A DNA stretch of 63,614 nt, the filler included, from Nemertoderma westbladi (lineage: Eukaryota > Animalia > Xenacoelomorpha), in assembly GCA_032718475.1 (NCBI GenBank). It is 5 parts of 5 records of this genome, joined end to end, with 100 filler letters (N's around TTAATTAATTAA, not from the genome) between each part and the next. Parts side by side here need not be neighbours in the genome. Positions count along the whole stretch, not along the records: positions 34,932 to 52,254 come from JAUCBJ010006558.1; positions 52,355 to 59,510 come from JAUCBJ010002584.1; 3 more parts are not named here. One strand, 5' to 3'. Within the stretch, counting starts at the first letter, position 1. Every line of letters starts with the position of its first letter. Below, piece after piece: positions 40,706 through 52,533 of the stretch. The notes under the pieces were generated by a model, which ran no database searches, was not told the origin of the DNA, and worked only from the letters and a program-made list of their open reading frames with translations. The position numbers and the translations under genes were made by a program.

Positions 40706-43321
40706 TGTAATGTTCCATAGCAACGGTAAACCGAGCGGTGTAATGTTCCTTAACAACGGTACACTGAGTGGTGTAATGTTCCTTAACAACGGTACACTGA
40801 GTGGTGTAATGTTCCTTAACAACGGTACACTGAGTGGTGTAATGTTCCTTAACAACAGTACACTGAGTGGTGTAATGTTCCTTAACAACGGTACACTGAG
40901 TGGTGTAATGTTCCTTAACAACAGTACACTGAGTGGTGTAATGTTCCTTAACAACAGTACACTGAGTGGTGTAATGTTCCTTAACAACAGTACACTGAGT
41001 GGTGTAATGTTCCTTAACAACAGTACACTGAGTGGTGTAATGTTCCTTAACAACGGTACACTGAGTGGTGTAATGTTCCTTAACAACGGTACACTGAGTG
41101 GTGTAATGTTCCTTAACAACGGTACACCGAGCGGTGTAATGTTCCTTAACAACGGTACACTGAGTGGTGTAATGTTCCTTAACAACGGTACACTGAGTGG
41201 TGTAATGTTCCTTAACAACGGTACACTGAGTGGTGTAATGTTCCTTAACAACGGTACACCGAGCGGTGTAATGTTCCTTAACAACAGTACACTGAGTGGT
41301 GTAATGTTCCTTAACAACGGTACACTGAGTGGTGTAATGTTCCTTAACAACAGTACACTGAGTGGTGTAATGTTCCTTAACAACAGTACACTGAGTGGTG
41401 TAATGTTCCTTAACAACAGTACACTGAGTGGTGTAATGTTCCTTAACAACAGTACACTGAGTGGTGTAATGTTCCTTAACAACAGTACACTGAGTGGTGT
41501 AATGTTCCTTAACAACGGTACACTGAGTGGTGTAATGTTCCTTAACAACGGTACACTGAGTGGTGTAATGTTCCTTAACAACGGTACACTGAGTGGTGTA
41601 ATGTTCCTTAACAACAGTACACTGAGTGGTGTAATGTTCCTTAACAACGGTACACTGAGTGGTGTAATGTTCCTTAACAACAGTACACTGAGTGGTGTAA
41701 TGTTCCTTAACAACAGTACACTGAGTGGTGTAATGTTCCTTAACAACAGTACACTGAGTGGTGTAATGTTCCTTAACAACAGTACACTGAGTGGTGTAAT
41801 GTTCCTTAACAACGGTACACTGAGTGGTGTAATGTTCCTTAACAACAGTACACTGAGTGGTGTAATGTTCCTTAACAACGGTACACTGAGTGGTGTAATG
41901 TTCCTTAACAACAGTACACTGAGTGGTGTAATGTTCCTTAACAACAGTACACTGAGTGGTGTAATGTTCCTTAACAACAGTACACTGAGTGGTGTAATGT
42001 TCCTTAACAACAGTACACTGAGTGGTGTAATGTTCCTTAACAACAGTACACTGAGTGGTGTAATGTTCCTTAACAACAGTACACTGAGTGGTGTAATGTT
42101 CCTTAACAACAGTACACTGAGTGGTGTAATGTTCCTTAACAACGGTACACTGAGTGGTGTAATGTTCCTTAACAACAGTACACTGAGTGGTGTAATGTTC
42201 CTTAACAACAGTACACTGAGTGGTGTAATGTTCCTTAACAACAGTACACTGAGTGGTGTAATGTTCCTTAACAACAGTACACTGAGTGGTGTAATGTTCC
42301 TTAACAACAGTACACTGAGTGGTGTAATGTTCCTTAACAACAGTACACTGAGTGGTGTAATGTTCCTTAACAACAGTACACTGAGTGGTGTAATGTTCCT
42401 TAACAACAGTACACTGAGTGGTGTAATGTTCCTTAACAACAGTACACTGAGTGGTGTAATGTTCCTTAACAACAGTACACTGAGTGGTGTAATGTTCCTT
42501 AACAACAGTACACTGAGTGGTGTAATGTTCCTTAACAACAGTACACTGAGTGGTGTAATGTTCCTTAACAACGGTACACTGAGTGGTGTAATGTTCCTTA
42601 ACAACAGTACACTGAGTGGTGTAATGTTCCTCAACAACAGTACACTGAGTGGTGTAATGTTCCTTAACAACAGTACACTGAGTGGTGTAATGTTCCTTAA
42701 CAACGGTACACTGAGTGGTGTAATGTTCCTTAACAACAGTACACTGAGTGGTGTAATGTTCCTTAACAACGGTACACTGAGTGGTGTAATGTTCCTTAAC
42801 AACGGTACACTGAGTGGTGTAATGTTCCTTAACAACAGTACACTGAGTGGTGTAATGTTCCTTAACAACAGTACACTGAGTGGTGTAATGTTCCTTAACA
42901 ACGGTACACTGAGTGGTGTAATGTTCCTTAACAACGGTACACTGAGTGGTGTAATGTTCCTTAACAACAGTGCACTGAGTGGTGTAATGTTCCTTAACAA
43001 CAGTACACTGAGTGGTGTAATGTTCCTTAACAACGGTACACCGAGCGGTGTAATGTTCCTTAACAACGGTACACCGAGCGGTGTAATTTTCCTTGACAAC
43101 GGTACACTGAGTGGTGTAATGTTCCTTAACAACGGTACACCGATGGGTGTAATGTTCCTTAACAACGGTACATCGAGCGGTGTAATGTTCCTTAACAACG
43201 GTACACCGAGCGGTGTAATGTTCCTTAACAACGGTACACTGAGTGGTGTAATGTTCCTTAACAACGGTACACCGAGCGGTGTAATGTTCCTTAACAACGG
43301 TACACCGAGCGGTGTAATGTT
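40706..43321. repeat. 33-bp tandem array GGTGTAATGTTCCTTAACAAC(A/G)GTACACTGAGT, ~79 copies
   Basis: Seen directly. Very homogeneous, with one dimorphic site and CCGAGC variants concentrated towards the ends. Confidence 0.98.
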
Positions 43322-44467
43322 TACATTTTGGATTGTAATAAATAATATTGTATAATGTCCAATTACATTCATATGTAATTATTATGCGAGTCTAAATTAA
43401 ACGTGTGCACACTGTTATACACAACCCTTAGCAAATAATAATTTAAAGAATACAGGTTATCGTTAGCATTATTTACAAACTATGCGGTGCGAAGGGTAGA
43501 CGGCCTCATTAGCATGTAGTAAAGAAAGGATCAGGTTACAGGGACGGGTAAGGGAACCAAAATAATAAACAAAAATTAGGCACTTCTATATCCAATAGAA
43601 ATTCAGCAAGCTAATTACTGGCGGCATATTATTCAAACCCATCGCAGCACACATTATCTCAAACTGCTAACTGCTGTTACTATAATTATTGCAAATTAAA
43701 TTAATTTCGCTTGATTTACAATAATAGCACATTAAAATAAAATATATATACTTTTCATCTGAGAAATTACTAATTCATTACAAAATTTATCTACTGAACA
43801 GAAGAACAATAAACATACCTAAATACAAATTATTATGTAACATTACAAATTATTCTGTAACAAACCCTAAATCAATTATTATTACACAGCCACGCCAATT
43901 AATTATTACACAGTAAATTATTCATTCGGACTGTTTTAATGAAAACAAACAATTGCTGTCGTATTTTACTTTTTTATTCCTTGTTAATAATTGATAGGTA
44001 GTTACTAAAAATCGTTTGCTACACTAAATGGCCACCGCACTATTCCTTGTAAACAAAATGGTAAGGGAAATTATTAGTTTTTTATTTCAATTTACCCCAT
44101 GAGAGAAGGTGTGAGAACTCTAAGCAAAAGCAATTGCTAGTTTTATTTAAATGTTTTTAATAGGGCCTACTTATAACAAAAAATAAAATTATATCATATA
44201 TTAAAATATTTCACTATTTATACTTACTAATACTGCGATAAACTTGGCCACTATCTGCATATTAATTGAATGAAGTACTAGAACTCCGTATTACTCAGTG
44301 TATAACAGAGTAGATCTTCCAGACTTTTATATACTAATAACGTAATTGTTTTAATTTTACTTATAATTAAACAAATATATAATAATATTTTACCAAATAA
44401 ATAAAAGTATGAAATACAAAGAAATCGCTACAGAAACTATAACCAAAATAAAATAGCCGTAGAAAAC

Positions 44468-45977
44468 TATAGACCAAACGTAACCAAAACTTAGACTAAA
44501 CGTAACCAAAACTTAGACTAAACGTAAACGAAACTTGGACTAAACTTAACCGAAACTTAGACTAAACGTAACCAAAACTTAGACTAAACGTAAACGAAAC
44601 TTGGACTAAACGTAACCAAAACTTAGACTAAACGTAAACGAAACTTAGACTAAACGTAACCGAAACTTAGACTAAACGTAACCGAAACTTAGACTAAACG
44701 TAACCGAAACTTAGACTAAACGTAACCAAAACTTAGACTAAACGTAACCGAAACTTAGACTAAACGTAACCGAAACTTAGACTAAACGTAACCGAAACTT
44801 AGACTACACGTAACCCGAAACATAGACTAAACGTAACCGAAACTTATACTAAACGTAACCCGAAACTTAGACTAAACGAAACCGAAACTTAGACTAAACG
44901 TAACCGAAACTTAGACTACACGTAACCAAAACTTAGACTAAACGTAAACGAAACTTAGACTAAACGTAACCGAAACTTAGACTAAACGTAACCGAAACTT
45001 AGACTACACGTAATCAAAACTTCGACTAAACGTAACCGAAACTTAGACTAAACGTAACCGAAACTTAGACTAAACGTAACTGTTAACTTAGACTAAACGT
45101 AACCCGAAACTTAGACTAAACGTAACCGAAACTTAGACTAAACGTAACCGAAACTTAGACTACACGTAATCAAAACTTAGACTAAACGTAACCGAAACTT
45201 AGACTAAACGTAACCCGAAACTTCGACTAAACGTAACCGAAACTTAGACTAAACTTAACCGAAACTTAGACAAAACGTAACCGAAACTTATACTAAACGT
45301 AACCCGAAACTTCGACTAAACGTAACCGAAACTTAGACTAAACGTAACCGAAACTTAGACTAAACGTAACTGTTAACTTAGACTAAACGTAACCCGAAAC
45401 TTAGACTAAACGTAACCGAAACTTCGACTAAACGTAACCAAAACTTAGACTAAACGTAACGGAAACTTAGACTAAATGTAACCGAAACTTAGACCAAACG
45501 TAACCGAATCTTAGACTAAACGTAACCAAAACTTAGACTAAACGTAACCGAAACTTAGACTAAATGTAACCGAAACTTAGACTAAACGTAACCGAATCTT
45601 AGACTAAACGTAACCAAAACTTAGACTAAACGTAACGGAAACTTAGACTAAACGTAACCGAAACTTTGACTAAATGTAACCGAATCTTAGACTAAACGTA
45701 ACCGATTCTTAGACTAAACGTAACCAAAACTTAGACTAAACGTAACGGAAACTTAGACGAGACGTAACCGAAACTTAGACTAAACTTAACCGAAACTTAG
45801 ACTAAACGTAACCGAATCTTAGACTAAACGTAACCAAAACTTAGACTAAACGTAACCGAAACTAAGACTAAACCAAACGTAACCGAAACTTTGACTAAAT
45901 GTAACCAATACTTTGACTAAATGTAAACAATACTTTGACTAAATGTAACCAAAACTTTAACTAAACGTAACGGAAAC
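44468..45977. repeat. 22-bp tandem array TAAACGTAACCGAAACTTAGAC, ~68 copies
   Basis: Seen directly. The unit is two related 11-mers (TAAACGTAACC / GAAACTTAGAC). Confidence 0.97.
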
Positions 45978-46599
45978 TCACAAAAGAATCAATCTTATAC
46001 TGGCAATTAGACTCAGCTCTGTGCAATCCTACGAGCGACTACTGCAATTAATACGACAGTGTCATTTGTAATGGTTGGGTTTGGGGTTGGGGTATCCACT
46101 AAAGGTTACTACTGAAGAGATTTTAAATAATTGAGCTAAAAACTCTTCCTGACAAGCTTGGAAGCTTATGATGCGATCTATTTAACTCGTTCACTAAGTG
46201 CAGGATTGGATATTATTGATGTTTTATTTTATAGAAACAAAGAATTCCGACATTTGGCTCCCACCTTCGGTAGCCCACCGCACTTTTTTCGAGAGCAAAC
46301 CTTATTTTCCACATTTGATGCAGCATATCAAATTGACATTATTTATCAATAACATTTTGAAATGTCATAATTTCCAAATGTCATTTTCAAATTGACATTT
46401 TGACATGTGTAAAGGTCAAAATAAACTATAACAATAACTAATGCCGATTAAATTAAGTACATCCCACATACAGTATACCAATATACGGTCTGTTTGTTGC
46501 ATATCGACGCCAAAATCAAGTTTATATATTGCATTAAAAATTCGACTTATAAATATGAATGATTGACCTCTGGGGCTATTTGGGGAACCCAGACATGTT

Positions 46600-47035
46600 C
46601 TAGTTACAACTGTGGTGACCTATGCAACTATCCACGGACCCCAATCCACTGTCGTACATCGAGCCACCTAGGGAGTCCATATCGCCATGGGAGACGGTAG
46701 TCATCAATAATAGATTGTTTATATGGGAGTCGATACAGCTGTTAGGAGTTACAATGGAACGCGGGGAACCCGAATGGATGCTGGGAGGTGATTGACCTTG
46801 ATCCGCAATCCCGTTACCGGGAGTAGATAGTGAGTTAGACGTCGCACGTAGCCCAGAGTTACGGTTGAGTGGAGGGGAACTGGACGGATTTATAAAGGTG
46901 TTGTAAATGTTACCCGGCCAACTTATCTGGGAATCGAATTGAATCCGTTTCATCGAGTTTTCTGTTGATTCGCTCGGTACCATTTGCTTGGCTTTCAATG
47001 GAAGAGAGAATGCAGATGGTGACGACAATGCAAAT
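46600..47035 (-). CDS. eomes: T-box gene, last coding exon (Ser/Pro-rich tail)
   Basis: Acceptor TTTAG|A in phase 2 matches the preceding exon. Open to TAG at 46600. Contains DSGLGS. Confidence 0.7.
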
Positions 47036-48515
47036 CTAAATTGAAATTTAATGTTATATTATATTTATAAGAACCCGGAACAATATACATCATCCCCTGG
47101 AATGAGTTAATGGGGCAAAATGATCGCAAACACCAACTATGTGTTTAGAACGTTTGAAAAATTAATTAAATTAAATTAAAAACATTAAGGCAAAAGTGCA
47201 GGTTACAGTGGCGATGTATTCTAACCAAAACAATAAACGAGACTTTATTTCACTTGCGGTAAATGTGCGCCTCTACCTGCCTGGAATATAGTGTCTTTAA
47301 CGACAATGAAGCCTACTATGTAAATTAAACATTGAAATAAAGTAATTTTCTTCGATAAGAAAACAAGTAACGGAAAGAAGCACTTTTTGTCACTAATTTT
47401 AATTGACCAAAATTCAATTATTCTGCCCGAGTGTTTTGAGTATGTAAATAAATACACGAGGGCAGTTATACATCGAGTTCTTTCCGACAAGATTTTTTAT
47501 CGGAGACATTTTATCTGAAAAAATATTACAGATTTAAACGATTTACTAGTATTGATTGATGCGTAATTTTAACTACAGTAGGCCGGCCTACTGCAGAGCA
47601 GTTAAGGAAACAGGCAACCAGCTGTAATAATAATTGTCAATATGATGGTATTTTTATGAATTACCATTAAAATGGCAGAATGGTGTATCCAAATTCTTAT
47701 AATTAATGATGAATTGTACAATTATTTCGATAACACGCTAGCTGCGTATTGAGCACCGGTGAACATGACCTGTGCAACTCGGTAGCGCGGAGCTATTTTG
47801 GCTTGGTTAGCCCTTAGTGCGGAGGCTATAAGTTGAGCACCGGTGCTCAAATACATTAGCTTTTGTCATCGGTATCTGTGACCTCTATATGACTCAAATA
47901 TATATTTTTTGGGTTTGTGCACCGGTGCACAATCCGCACTACACAAGTGCCAGTGCGCGGATTGAGCGCCGGTGATCAATGTTTCCACTTGAAGGTAACA
48001 CCACCTACTCAATATTCTCTCGACCCTTTATTAACCTCGCTGTTGCTCGGTAAATAAAATGCCCCGAGAATAGTGAAAAAAAGTTTTACTTTTTTTCCCA
48101 TGTAATAAATAATTATTTCTTAACTAATTATCTGGAAATTAGTGAAAAAAAAGTTAGATTAATTAACTCAATTTTAAAAATATTAGTGAGAAAAAGAGCC
48201 ATTTTCAAATTAAAATATTTGCATAGATATTTATAAATTACTGTATAAAGTGTAATAAAAAATATCGTCTTTTTATCAACTCATGTAAAATACGTACGAT
48301 ACGGAAAAAATAAGAAACTTTTTCAAATTTCGAATCGTATCTTGGGTTTTTCGTATCATATCTTACTTTCTCAAAATTGTATTCGTATCGCATCGCAAAA
48401 TATTGGTTTGTATCATATCGCATTTTCGTATCATATCATATCGTATCCTGTCCCTGCCGGTGAATCCCAACCTTACATGGAATGCTTCCTGCTCACTTAT
48501 AAACTGATCACCTAC

Positions 48516-48954
48516 CTCGGATTAAAGCCGCACCTTTTCACGTCTGTTAGGACGCCACTACTAGTGGACACCGTCGGTATTGGTTGCTGGTGTGGCACGG
48601 ACAGATTTCCGTTATTCGGATACAGGCGGTCGAAATTGTAAAAACCAACTGAAGGATGTCCGTTTGTACCGACAGGATGTCCGTTTGTACCGACAGGATG
48701 TCCGTTTGTACCGACAGGATGTCCGTTTGTACCGACAGGATGTCCGTTTGTACCGACAGGATGTCCGTTTGTACCGACAGGATGTCCGTTTGTACCGACA
48801 GGATGTCCGTTTGTGCCGACAGGATGTCCGTTTGTACCGACACGTTGTTCGTAGTTGCCGAGAGGAAGTCCGTTAGAACCGATTAAGATACCGCTGTCGT
48901 ACAAAGCATTCCCTCTCGTCTGACTCCCATTTGACTGGGTTATCACTCCATTTC
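48516..48954 (-). CDS. eomes: T-box gene exon with 9 x 21-bp coding repeat (GTNGHPV)
   Basis: Acceptor ATACAG|GA (phase 1) and donor GAG|GTAGGT (phase 2) are compatible with both neighbouring exons. Confidence 0.7.
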
Positions 48955-49425
48955 CTGTATGACGGGATGAGATTGGTTTGTTTCATTACTGGAACCTATG
49001 AGTTGGTCATGAAAAGGGTTAAATAGTTTGGGTATTCAAGCTTGGGAATATGAGTGGCATCCTTATTGCCTTTACAGGTAAGGAGCCCAGGCGCGTTCGG
49101 GTTACTTCTGAATTTATTGCGATAACTTTTACTTAAAATCCAAGATTGTTATTAAGTTTTAGCATATAAATTACTACTGAATGCATTTTTTTTGGAAATG
49201 TAATAATTGTTTTTGTTCTTAAACTATCAGCAATGTAATATGTAGCCCGTAGTTGTGTATTTACAAAATCGAAATCCATATTTTTGATCAACTGTTTGCT
49301 GCAGACACTCTACACTATTTTGCTGCAAATATTCTAAATATATTTTATCTAATTACGTTTGCTATACTTACGCACAATATAATCACTAATTGGTTAACGT
49401 TTGCTGCTAACAATAATATACTCAC

Positions 49426-49882
49426 GAAATGGTCCAAACACGTTGGCAGCATTCGATGGTTGTCTCATTGACGGCGTGTGCCAGAAGCTAGTAGATCCGC
49501 TAGGAGGAGCTGTAATAACCGGTTTGGGAGTCGGAATGTGTGACAAGGGTGTGGGAGTGGGGTGCAGAAGCATTGGGTACAATGAGGGCGCGGTTGGGTA
49601 CAATGAGGGCGCGGTTGGGTACAATGAGGGCGCGGTTGGGTACAATGAGGGCGCGGTTGGGTACAATGAGGGCGCGGTTGGGTACAATGAGGGCGCGGTT
49701 GTTTGTACTTTAGTTTGTTGCAATGTGGGGGGGATCCAGTTAACTGTGGTTTGAGGGAATCCCAATCCTACAGAGCTGGCTGTGTGTTGGACTGATGATG
49801 ACATTAACATATCGATATCCCTATTGTTTGATTCCCTGAAACCCTTTGCGAATGGGTTGTGGTTGATCTTTAACTGAGTCAC
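49426..49882 (-). CDS. eomes: T-box gene exon: end of T-box plus 6 x 21-bp coding repeat (TAPSLYP)
   Basis: Acceptor TTTAG|GTG. VTQLKINHNPFAKGFRE. Donor TTC|GTGAGT, phase 1. Confidence 0.92.
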
Positions 49883-50325
49883 CTAAATATAAACAGAACG
49901 GGTCTATCAATTAATCGTTTTAAATTAACATTAACGAACATACATTCATCTATAATGATACTATACAAGCTGAGCAATGCGAAATCTGCAAAAAGTTAAA
50001 ATGAGCCATGAACGGGTCGAGAGAATATTTAAAAAAAATGTTCTACGTCTTTTTCCCATGTAATGCATAATTCTATTCTTAAATTGGTAATTTCCTGTTG
50101 CTCATTTCTTTAATAAAACATAGAGCAGAGCGATATAGTGTTACAAAATAAATTGAACTGCGGTATTTTACTATATTGCTTCCATAGTTACTGCGATTCT
50201 AATTATTGAACTCTTCAACTCCTGATGCTGGGATGCTGCCAAGGTGTACTAAATAACGGGTCAGGCAGCGAGCCGATTGCAGAAATTAGCGGAGGCCAAT
50301 CTTTTCCCTATTTATCGCACTATTT

Positions 50326-51398
50326 GATGTTATGATGTTGATGAAATTATTGCAGCAATCAGATCAGTATACGATGGTTCGACAACATTTGTGTCTACTG
50401 TTGACGGTGACACAGAACCATTTGAAGTGTTATGGGGCGTCCTCCAGGGAGACACACTTGCACCATTCTTGTTCATAATTGTGGTTGACTATGTTCTACG
50501 CATGTCCTTTAGATCATCATAATGATGATGGGGTGATGGTAACTCCACCTACTGGCTCCAGAAGTCGAGGAAATCCTGCCAAGTACCTAACTGATCTAGA
50601 CTTTGCTAATGACTTAGGAGTACTCTCAGAATCACTAGAGGGAGCCCAACGACTCCTCAGCTCATTAGAACATGCTGCTTCTAGTGTTGGTCTTTTTATT
50701 AACTCCAGAAAGACCAAAATTTTGACAGTTAACTTTGAAAGTCCTCAGCAAGTCTCTGATCGGATGAGCACAAGCTCAAAGGATGGTATGCTTGAGCATG
50801 TGAATGACTTCTGTTACCTGGGATCATGGATCCGGAAGTCAGGTGAGGACCTTCGAATACGTAAGGGAAAGGCATGGGCAGCCTTGAATAGGCTTTCCAG
50901 GATTTGGAAGTCACCGAGAATAAATCGGAAACTTAAGGTCCGATTATTTAGAGCACCAGTAGTTCCAGTACTCCTCTATGGGAGTCCATGCTGGGCTCTA
51001 ACTGCTGAGGACACCAATTCTCTGGACGGCACATTCACAAGAATGCTACGCCGGGTTCATTGTGTCAAGTACAATGCACACATCTCCAACCAGACACTAT
51101 ATAACATTGAAGGTGTCTCATTGGTTCCCCCAAGCTTGACACTAGAACAAACTTTCGCCGTGAGGGCCAGCCAGTGCATAATCTTGTACTTTGGCAGCCT
51201 CATGGAGTGAATAAGAATGGTGGACAGCCCATGACTTTCTTGAGACGCATATTAAAGGACACTGGCCTTGAAGATGCGGATGATCTAGCAAATGTCATGG
51301 GTGATAGGGAGTTGTGGCGGCGTAATTTTGTCGACAATCCGGCACAGCATTCTTAAAAATGCAGCTGCAATGCAGCATGCCGATCCTAGTAGTAGTAG
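50326..51398 (+). mobile_element. 5'-truncated RTE-clade LINE in the T-box intron, antisense to the gene
   Basis: 'GVLQGDTLAPFLF', 'DLDFA(N)D', 'FCYLGS', 'LLYGS'. (TAG)n tail. 13-bp TSD TATCGCACTATTT at 50313-50325 and 51399-51411. Confidence 0.95.
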
Positions 51399-52119
51399 TA
51401 TCGCACTATTTTCATAATATTTCCTTAGAAACTTCTTCTGTGCTACTTTGGTTTGGTGGATATGATGACTAGGATACATGCAATGTAATAAAATGTCTTT
51501 CTGGAATTTTACCTTGTTGTTGCCAAAGGTAACTTTATCACATACCGAACGCTGATAAGTTGAAATAATGTAATAATATAATACAATAATGATATACACC
51601 ATTGCTTACAAAGGTCACTTTTCAGCGTTCAAAGACCCTCGTTTATTTATGTAGACCTCCCTCGCTGCGCTCGCTCGGTACATAAATAAACTCGGGTCAT
51701 AACGCTACAAAGTGCTACTTTGCACACAATGACACTGAATGATGTAATTATATATTTCACTATTATCGTGTGCTTTATTTACTGCTAGCGAGGTTGGATA
51801 TGTACATTTTCCGATGATTAACAAGCCTATAACACCAATTAAATTATATTTATATTTATACCTGATGTAGTAAATAACCAAACAATTCTCCAAATATATA
51901 ATATTCCGTCACCCTAATTAAGCTGAACAAAGCAATTACCAGAAAAAAAATAGCATACCAAAAAATACACTTATTTCTGGTCGTATCAATCCTTGATTTT
52001 CGTATCATTTCGTATTTTATACAAAGTCACTTTATGTCACTGCGTCGCGGTTAATTAATCTGGTGGCCCACCCAATTATTACAAACTGTCGCGAGTTAAC
52101 CAGTTGCAATAATACTTAC

Positions 52120-52254
52120 GTCTGTATTCTGGTAAGCCGTCACGGCGAAGAACTGCGTTTCGGGGAATACAAAGGTGTGAAGCCGGTGGTCGGCAGACTG
52201 GAGCCGGTCGGTACCGGTATGGGAACCTATGTGCAGCCGTGGCTGGTGTCTGTG
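52120..52254 (-). CDS. eomes: T-box domain exon (5' part lost in gap), Eomes/Tbr1 class
   Basis: Not in the ORF track. Reads HRHQPRLHI...HTFVFPETQFFAVTAYQNTD, donor GAC|GTAAGT, phase 0. 'AYQNTD-xTQLKIxHNPFAKGFR' is the Eomes/Tbr1 signature. Confidence 0.9.
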
Positions 52255-52354
52255 NNNNNNNNNNNNNNNNNNNNNNNNNNNNNNNNNNNNNNNNNNNNTT
52301 AATTAATTAANNNNNNNNNNNNNNNNNNNNNNNNNNNNNNNNNNNNNNNNNNNN
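52255..52354. other. Artificial contig linker
   Basis: N44-TTAATTAATTAA-N44. Confidence 0.97.
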
Positions 52355-52533
52355 TCCGAATTCAGCCTCCCGGGTGTAGATCCATCGGGTGAATGATCGC
52401 GCATGGGCTGCCTTCGGCTAATGTTTTGCGTATTAGCATAAAATATTGTCGTATGCTAAAGTGGTTTTAATTAACTAAAAGACATATAAATTTTGGCAGG
52501 TTAAACTGCTAAAGGTCTTCAAAAGCGCGAACA

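Noticed and set aside
40607-43372. ~900-aa ORFs on both strands as genes
   Set aside because: Pure satellite translation with no unique domain and no synonymous divergence pattern.
52355-52530. Next RhoGEF exon or upstream T-box exon
   Set aside because: No frame gives DH or T-box motifs, and it lies across an artificial gap from the T-box gene.
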